Assembly: GCA_028871115.1 (NCBI GenBank)
Contig: JAGWOD010000003.1
Span: 103-64,102, forward strand
Direction: 5' to 3'
DNA: 64,000 nt
Source: Patescibacteria group bacterium
GTDB taxonomy: Bacteria > Patescibacteriota > Minisyncoccia > Phycocordibacterales > SBAW01
Position 1 is the stretch's first letter; each line of letters begins with the position of its first letter. A program made the position numbers and the translations under genes. Below the pieces are notes generated by a model. That model did not search any database and was not told the origin of the DNA. It worked only from the letters and a program-made list of their open reading frames with translations. Below are positions 58,225 to 64,000 of the stretch, piece by piece.

Positions 58225-58364
58225 GTGGGCTCTACTCTACTGTGAAACGAACCTCGTTGCAACCGCTCTGCATTATCCCCATTATATCCACAGATTAATA
58301 CCATTCGAAACAAAAACAGGGGAGTTCCCATAAGAAGCGCTTACGCCTATAATCTCCCTTACAT

Positions 58365-59699
58365 ATGACGACCACACGGGAGCTCTGGGAAAACGCCCTC
58401 ACCGACATCGAGCTCTCACTCCCGAAGGCGGCATTCAGTACCTGGTTTCGGGATACCCATATCGTGCGGGTGGAGGACGGGGTGGTATACGTAGGCGTCC
58501 CCTCGCAATTTGTGCGCGATTGGTTCGCCTCGAAGTACCACAAGCTCATTTTGGGCTCCCTGCGTCAGCTCTCGGAGGGCGTACGTTCAGTTGAATATAT
58601 TATTTCCAAGCACCCCAAGAAAAACGCTGAGGAGGTTCGGGCCCCTATAGCTGCAGGAGAACTACCGCTTGAGACCGTGCATGTGCAGACTAATCTCAAC
58701 CCGCGCTATCTCTTCGAGAGCTTTATTGTGGGACCGTTCAATGAACTCGCGCATGCGGCCGCGCAAGCGGTCGTGAAGAAGCCCGGCATAGCGTACAATC
58801 CGCTCTTCATCTACGGGGAGACAGGGCTCGGCAAAACACACCTCATCCAAGCAATCGGAAATCATTTCCGAGCCAAAGCTCCGGAGCGGAAAGTATTCTA
58901 CACAACTTCGGAAAAATTTTATCTTGAATATGTCTCTGCGATGCAGGGTGGGCGCATCCCAGCCTTTAAAGAAAAGTTCCGAGAATACGATCTTTTGGTT
59001 ATGGATGATATTCAGTTTCTCTCCGGGAAAAGCGGTACCCAGGAAGAATTATTTCATCTCTTCAACGCCCTGTTTGATAAAAATAAGCAGCTTATTTTCT
59101 CCTCCGACCAGCACCCCAACCTTACTCAAAAGCTTATGGAGCGCTTAAAATCGCGCTTTAACCAAGGAATGATCGTCTCCATTATGCCGCCAGATCATGA
59201 GAGTCGGGTTGCTATTGTGCGCAGTAAGGTTTCAGCCCGCGGGGTAGTGTTGGCTGATGAGGTGCTCGATTACATCGCAACCGCAGTCGAGGGCAACGTG
59301 CGGGAGCTCGAAGGCGCAATTAACTCGCTTCTTCTCTCAAGCGAGATGCGCTCTGAGAGTCTCACACTCGTAGATGCAAAAGCGCTCCTGCGTACGGCGG
59401 GAGCGCCTAAGAAGGCAGTGTCTGTTGAGGAAGTAGTAAAACTTGTTTCAGATTTCTATGGCGTAGAAACTCATAGTATTTACGAGAAGACACGGCGTAA
59501 GGAAGTGGTCCGTCCACGGCAGGTCATCATGTACGTGCTCCGCGAAGACTTCCATATTTCTTTTCCAACAATCGGAGAAAAGCTTGGCGGACGCGATCAT
59601 ACGACCGTCATTCATTCCTGCGACAAGATTAAGGGAAATATGAAAGTTGACAGTGTACTTTCCCAAGAACTTCAACAGATTCGAATGATGTTGAAATAG
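58365..59699 (+). CDS. dnaA: Chromosomal replication initiator DnaA
   Basis: AAA+ Walker A YGETGLGKTHL, sensor motifs, and the C-terminal DNA-binding domain (TIGEKLGGRDHTTVIHSCDKI). Confidence 0.95.
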   Translation: MTTTRELWENALTDIELSLPKAAFSTWFRDTHIVRVEDGVVYVGVPSQFVRDWFASKYHKLILGSLRQLSEGVRSVEYIISKHPKKNAEEVRAPIAAGELPLETVHVQTNLNPRYLFESFIVGPFNELAHAAAQAVVKKPGIAYNPLFIYGETGLGKTHLIQAIGNHFRAKAPERKVFYTTSEKFYLEYVSAMQGGRIPAFKEKFREYDLLVMDDIQFLSGKSGTQEELFHLFNALFDKNKQLIFSSDQHPNLTQKLMERLKSRFNQGMIVSIMPPDHESRVAIVRSKVSARGVVLADEVLDYIATAVEGNVRELEGAINSLLLSSEMRSESLTLVDAKALLRTAGAPKKAVSVEEVVKLVSDFYGVETHSIYEKTRRKEVVRPRQVIMYVLREDFHISFPTIGEKLGGRDHTTVIHSCDKIKGNMKVDSVLSQELQQIRMMLK

Positions 59700-59918
59700 T
59701 GTGGAGAAGCCTGTGGAAAAGTTGTGTATTTATAGAGGAGAGCCTGTGGAGAAAGTGGGGAATATAAGAACAACTTTAAAAAAACTTGCTGGAACAATCG
59801 CCACCGAAGGATAACTACAAAAAACCTGTACACAAAATAACCAATATGAAGAAGGAGTATTCAATGATTTCCCCAATCCACAGCGCCTTCTTGTTATTAT
59901 GTTCTTATTAAATAATTC
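59700..59918. promoter_or_regulatory. Probable oriC core: DnaA-box cluster plus AT-rich unwinding region between dnaA and dnaN
   Basis: Three direct copies of TGTGGA(G/A)AA at 59700, 59712 and 59745 (complement TTYTCCACA, one mismatch from TTATCCACA), followed by about 150 bp of AT-rich sequence. Two more boxes lie upstream of dnaA at 58273 and 58285. Confidence 0.5.
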
Positions 59919-61016
59919 ATGAAATTCGAAAGTACAGCCGAACAACTTCACTCAGCCGCATCACTTGCATCGCGTTTTACGAATAAACAAGCAAATCTCC
60001 CTGTTCTTAGTTCGATTCTTATTGCAGCCGAGGGGGGTAGTGCGACCCTGCGTGCCACCAACCTTGAGTGTGGTGTTGAAGTATCGCTTTCGGCAAAAGT
60101 TTCAAATCAAGGGAGCGTGTGTGTCCCTACCGCGCCACTTCTCGGATTTCTTTCCAATACACACAGTAAAAATGTTACCCTCGAACTTCAAGGGCAGATT
60201 CTCAAACTCAAGACGGACCGGGCAACCGCTTCCATAAAGACAGTGCCCCATGAAGATTTTCCTACCCTTCCCAAGGTATCCGCAGAACATTCCTTCGCAC
60301 TCAAAGCGCAGGACATAGCGCGGGGGCTGCGCAGCACGCTTCATTGCGCAGCCACTTCAAGTGTGAAGCCCGAACTTCAGAGTGTTTGTATATTTGGGGA
60401 GGCAGGCAAGCTTTACTTTGCGGCGACTGATTCGTTTCGCCTCAGTGAGCGCTGTGTGCCGCTTACTAGTAAGGGAAGTATCCGCCAAATACTTCTCCCC
60501 GCCCGCAACGCGGCGGAACTTCTGCGTATTATCGAGGGCCAGAGTGGCGATCTCGAATTTTACTACAGCGACAATCAGCTCTCGGTGCACGCTGACCGCG
60601 TCTACTACACTTCGCGTCTGGTCGACGGCTCTTTCCCCAACTACCGGCAAATCATTCCAAAGGAATTTGCGACCGAGGCGGTTGTTCTGCGAGAAGATCT
60701 CAGCCAAGCGCTCAAAAGTCTAGCCGTGTTTAGTGATAAATTTCTCCAGGTTTCGCTCACTGTTGATCCAAAACGAAAAATAGTGGAACTTTCTTCGCGC
60801 AATCAGGATGTGGGGGAGGAAGATGTAACTCTTCGCGCCGCCGTCTCGGGAGAAGAGTCAAAAATGAATTTCAATAGTAGATACCTTGGCGACGGACTCG
60901 CTCCCATCTCAGGCGAGAGCGTAAGATTGCGTCTCAACGGTGCGGGTAAAGCGATGGTCGTCAAAGATGCTGCGGACGACTCTTTTGTCTATCTTGCGAT
61001 GCCCATGAACCGCTAG
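59919..61016 (+). CDS. dnaN: DNA polymerase III beta sliding clamp
   Basis: 365 aa immediately downstream of dnaA. The translation has the three-domain beta-clamp layout and the start MKFESTAEQLHSAASLASRF. Confidence 0.9.
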   Translation: MKFESTAEQLHSAASLASRFTNKQANLPVLSSILIAAEGGSATLRATNLECGVEVSLSAKVSNQGSVCVPTAPLLGFLSNTHSKNVTLELQGQILKLKTDRATASIKTVPHEDFPTLPKVSAEHSFALKAQDIARGLRSTLHCAATSSVKPELQSVCIFGEAGKLYFAATDSFRLSERCVPLTSKGSIRQILLPARNAAELLRIIEGQSGDLEFYYSDNQLSVHADRVYYTSRLVDGSFPNYRQIIPKEFATEAVVLREDLSQALKSLAVFSDKFLQVSLTVDPKRKIVELSSRNQDVGEEDVTLRAAVSGEESKMNFNSRYLGDGLAPISGESVRLRLNGAGKAMVVKDAADDSFVYLAMPMNR

Positions 61017-63226
61017 GGGGTGCTCGTTGCTTGCCCAGGAAGCGTACTTGGTGAGGCAGGAGCGAGTGTCACGGGCACTGTCGAGCCTGGTGTGCATCCA
61101 TTACCCGCTGCAATCCAACGTTGCAGGGCCGCTTCCCAGTAGGGATATTGCGGATCAGTCGAACCGGGCCCGGGAGAAGGCCCGTTAGGGTCGTCTTTAT
61201 TGAGCCAGTAGAGGATGTTGTGAACGTTGCAAATAACCCCTGTTCCATTGTCGGTGAGCTCATCGCCCTGCCAGACGCCTTGGAGCACCGGTTTGAGACC
61301 TCCTTCGGTATTAATATCGCTTCTCGTGAAGGTCTGATTAGATCGCGTGGGAAGTGCATACTGCATGAACTGGTTCCACATGGGTCCCACGATGAAGCCT
61401 GAGACGTTGTGTGTCATCGGAGTGTTGTCGTTATTCCCTGCCCAAATACCCACAACGAGATTAGGGGTATAGCCGATAGTCCAGGCATCACGGTAGTTAT
61501 TGGTGGTGCCAGTTTTTGCAGCTACTTCGTAGCCCGGGAAGTACAGATACTCATTCTCGCCAAGTGGCGCTCTCGCAACAGGATCAGAGAGCACGTCGTT
61601 GATTTCTTCGGCGATATTTTGAGGCATGACGTCCGTTCCAACCGGCTGTGTATCATCTTCAATGACATTGCCTTGCCCATCGAGAATTTTGAGCACTGCG
61701 GTCGTCGGGTAGTGAATGCCGTCGGTCGCAAAGGCGCCGTAAGCGCTCGTCATTTGAAGGAGTGTCACTTCGCCTCCTCCGAGCACCAAGGTGAGTCCGT
61801 ACTGGTTGGGATCCCCGAGTGTCGTGATACCCATGCTTTTTGCAAGTGAAAGTGTATTACTGATACCGGCGAGATAGAGCACTTCTACGGAAGGAACGTT
61901 AATCGACTGGGCAATGGCGTCCCGCATGGTCATAGGTCCACGAAACTTGTTGTCGTAATTGACCGGTGAATAGCAGCCGTTTGTGTTCGTGAGATTATCA
62001 ACCGCGCAGGTGGTAGAGAATTGTGTCGGGATGTCGAAAAGCACGGTGTCGGGCGTGTATCCTTTTTCAAATGCTTCGGCATACGCAAAGGGCTTGAAGG
62101 CTGAGCCCGGCTGGCGAGGTGCAAGAGTCACATTGAAATTTCCATCGATTGACGTGTCGAAGTAGTTGCGCGAGCCCACCATAGCAAGAATCTGTCCGTT
62201 GGTGGGGTCGATGGCGATAAGCCCGGCATTTGAAGCATTGAACTTAGTCTGATTGACAAGTGCCCCTTGCTGCACGATTTCCTGCGCGTGCTCTTGGAGA
62301 TCCGCATCAAGCGTTGTAATAACGCTCCACCCACCTTCCTGAAGTGCATCAGTACCGTATTTTTGCTCGAGGTACTGCTCAACGTAGAAGACAAAATGTG
62401 GCGCTTGAATGCCATTGGGCTGCTCGGGCAAGAAGGTGACGGTCTGTGCTTCTGCCGCGTCGCGCTGCGCTGATGTGATGTAGCCATGTTCGTACATTTT
62501 TTCGAGCACCAGGTTCTTACGGGTATCGAGCTCGGCCTTGTTACTGCCGTAGGGAGAATAGTAGGTGGGGGCAGGAAGCATTGCAGCGAGGTAGGCCGCC
62601 TCAGGAAGCGTCAGCTGCGAAGCGTGCACTCCGAAAAATGTTTCGCTCGCCGCCTCGACTCCGTAAATTTCACCCCCGTAGGGCGCTTGGTTGAGATAAA
62701 GCTCAAGGATCTGATCCTTGGAGAGGACGCGCGTGAGTTTGAGGGCAATGATGATTTCCTCAATCTTTCGGCCGAGCGTTTTCTCATCGGTGAGAATAGT
62801 TTGCTTCACAACCTGTTGCGTAAGGGTGGAGCCTCCCTCTACCGCACCGAAGTGCGTAATATCGGCGAGTGCTGCCCGCGCAATCGACGCCCAGTCGACG
62901 CCGGGATTCTCATAGAAGGTCGGATCCTCGATTGCAATCGTTGCTTCCTGAACATTGGGACTCATCTGTGAAAGGGGCACAATCGTTCGGTCAACATTTT
63001 GATTCAGATCATACAGAAGCACAGTGTCCGTGCGGTCGTAAATCTTGAGCGATTGGGTGATTTTACGGTTTTCAATCGAGGAGAGGTCGGGGATTTTGAG
63101 CGTTGAGACCCAGACCATGAAGATACCTCCGAGAAGAAGTATGGCTCCGAGTGTCCAAAGGATTATTGCTTTCCGGTGTATATATAGCGAGCGCCGTATG
63201 CGGCGAAGCGAGGAGCGCGGTGACAT
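61013..63226 (-). CDS. Class A penicillin-binding protein (glycosyltransferase GT51 plus transpeptidase)
   Basis: N-terminal TM, GT51 motifs (EDPTFYENPGVD, GGSTLTQQVVKQ), and transpeptidase motifs (SAFKPF, SVN, KTGT). Confidence 0.85.
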   Translation of the reverse strand: MSPRSSLRRIRRSLYIHRKAIILWTLGAILLLGGIFMVWVSTLKIPDLSSIENRKITQSLKIYDRTDTVLLYDLNQNVDRTIVPLSQMSPNVQEATIAIEDPTFYENPGVDWASIARAALADITHFGAVEGGSTLTQQVVKQTILTDEKTLGRKIEEIIIALKLTRVLSKDQILELYLNQAPYGGEIYGVEAASETFFGVHASQLTLPEAAYLAAMLPAPTYYSPYGSNKAELDTRKNLVLEKMYEHGYITSAQRDAAEAQTVTFLPEQPNGIQAPHFVFYVEQYLEQKYGTDALQEGGWSVITTLDADLQEHAQEIVQQGALVNQTKFNASNAGLIAIDPTNGQILAMVGSRNYFDTSIDGNFNVTLAPRQPGSAFKPFAYAEAFEKGYTPDTVLFDIPTQFSTTCAVDNLTNTNGCYSPVNYDNKFRGPMTMRDAIAQSINVPSVEVLYLAGISNTLSLAKSMGITTLGDPNQYGLTLVLGGGEVTLLQMTSAYGAFATDGIHYPTTAVLKILDGQGNVIEDDTQPVGTDVMPQNIAEEINDVLSDPVARAPLGENEYLYFPGYEVAAKTGTTNNYRDAWTIGYTPNLVVGIWAGNNDNTPMTHNVSGFIVGPMWNQFMQYALPTRSNQTFTRSDINTEGGLKPVLQGVWQGDELTDNGTGVICNVHNILYWLNKDDPNGPSPGPGSTDPQYPYWEAALQRWIAAGNGCTPGSTVPVTLAPASPSTLPGQATSTP

Positions 63227-63284
63227 TGTGTGTCATTGTAGCACCGGGCCCCGCAGGGCTCCAGGCGTGGTAGAGTGTTCTCGT

Positions 63285-64000
63285 ATGGCGTTTTTTACGC
63301 GTCACGCCCGCGTATCGGTAGACGAAAAGAAAATAGACGAGCTCCTCTTTCGGGGGGTAGCGGAAGCAATCGTTAAGGAGCAGTTGCGCAAAGAACTTCT
63401 CTCCGGAAGACGCTTGCGGGTGAAACTTGGCATTGATCCTACCTCGCCCAATCTCCATCTCGGCCGCGCCGTCTCCCTCCTTAAACTGCGGGACTTCCAA
63501 GAACTTGGTCACCAGGTCGTTTTTATTCTTGGGGACTTTACTGCGGTTATTGGTGATACCTCCGACAAGGACGCAGAACGCCCCATGCTCTCCCGGGAGG
63601 AGATTGAGCACAACGAACACACCTACAAAGCGCAAGTTGGGAAGCTCATCGATCTATCTCGGGCGGAATTTCGTCACAACAGCGAATGGCTCGAGTCTCT
63701 ACGTTACAGAGACATTGGAGAGCAGGCAGATCTCTTTTCAGTTGCCGACTTCACTGCCCGTGAAAATATCAAGCGCCGTCTTGAGGCGGGCAAGCGAGTC
63801 TCACTGCGCGAAGTACTCTATCCGCTCATGCAGGGGTACGACAGTGTCGCGACAAGGGCAGACGTGGAGCTTGGTGGGACCGATCAGAAGTTCAATCTGC
63901 TTGCCGGGAGAGTCATTCAAGAGCGTCACGCCCAAAAGCCCCAGAATATTCTCATGAACCCTCTTATCGAGGGGCTCGATGGCAGAAAGATGAGTTCAAG
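63285..64000 (+). CDS. tyrS: Tyrosyl-tRNA synthetase, N-terminal part (continues past the window end)
   Basis: Not in the ORF track because there is no stop in the window. Frame from the ATG at 63285 gives ...GIDPTSPNLHLGRAVSLLKLRDFQELGHQVVFILGDFTAVIGD..., with the class I HIGH-region variant, and a KMSS(K) element at the end. Confidence 0.75.
   Translation, partial: MAFFTRHARVSVDEKKIDELLFRGVAEAIVKEQLRKELLSGRRLRVKLGIDPTSPNLHLGRAVSLLKLRDFQELGHQVVFILGDFTAVIGDTSDKDAERPMLSREEIEHNEHTYKAQVGKLIDLSRAEFRHNSEWLESLRYRDIGEQADLFSVADFTARENIKRRLEAGKRVSLREVLYPLMQGYDSVATRADVELGGTDQKFNLLAGRVIQERHAQKPQNILMNPLIEGLDGRKMSS

Noticed and set aside
63072-63957. ORFs 63072..63635 (-) and 63427..63957 (+)
   Set aside because: They conflict with the PBP1A start and with the tyrS frame that begins at 63285. 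tyrS carries class I synthetase motifs, and these ORFs carry none.
1-64000. CRISPR arrays, IS elements, prophage
   Set aside because: No regularly spaced direct repeats, transposase or phage structural genes were seen anywhere in the window. The only short direct repeats are the DnaA-box-like 9-mers at the origin.

Overview
Read by eye on both strands, this 64 kb window looks like a compact bacterial chromosome segment that includes the replication origin. The gene content and architecture resemble a reduced-genome Patescibacteria/CPR-type organism, but I cannot run a search to confirm the lineage. Evidence for that impression: a trigger factor without a PPIase domain, a short YidC, tRNA genes that do not encode CCA with a cca gene next to them, a type IV pilus locus, and many secreted Ser/Thr/Gly-rich proteins.

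Housekeeping content, left to right:
- A split str cluster: rpsL-rpsG-fusA, then lnt and two secreted proteins, then a divergent tuf that runs off the left edge.
- rpmB, sodA, rnhA, recJ, a HIT-family gene, pgk-tpiA.
- A type IV pilus operon on the minus strand at 14.8-21.6 kb (pilB, pilC, a PilV-like protein, a pseudopilin, a PilX-like protein).
- nusA, ppa, and tig-clpP with a leader-like small ORF and a terminator between them.
- rny, hup, four minus-strand tRNAs (Gly-UCC, Pro-UGG, Gly-GCC, Arg-UCG) flanking an unusually AT-rich 370 bp island, and cca.
- xth, a xerC/D-type recombinase, rpsO, a NYN-domain protein, pnp, a DksA/TraR-family protein, an M23/LysM peptidase, pcrA-rsmA.
- The canonical origin block rpmH-rnpA-yidC-jag / dnaA-dnaN, with repeated DnaA-box-like 9-mers, then PBP1A and the start of tyrS.

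The most interesting feature is an 11-gene plus-strand operon at 44.0-56.5 kb, immediately downstream of rsmA and about 2 kb from dnaA. It encodes a VirB4-like ATPase, a VirB6/TrbL-like polytopic membrane protein, a small two-TM PrgI/VirB3-like protein, and several large secreted or membrane-anchored proteins of unknown function. It looks like a chromosomal type IV secretion-like apparatus with no relaxase, coupling protein or integrase in the window.

All calls rest on reading the supplied translations and sequence. No database searches were possible.
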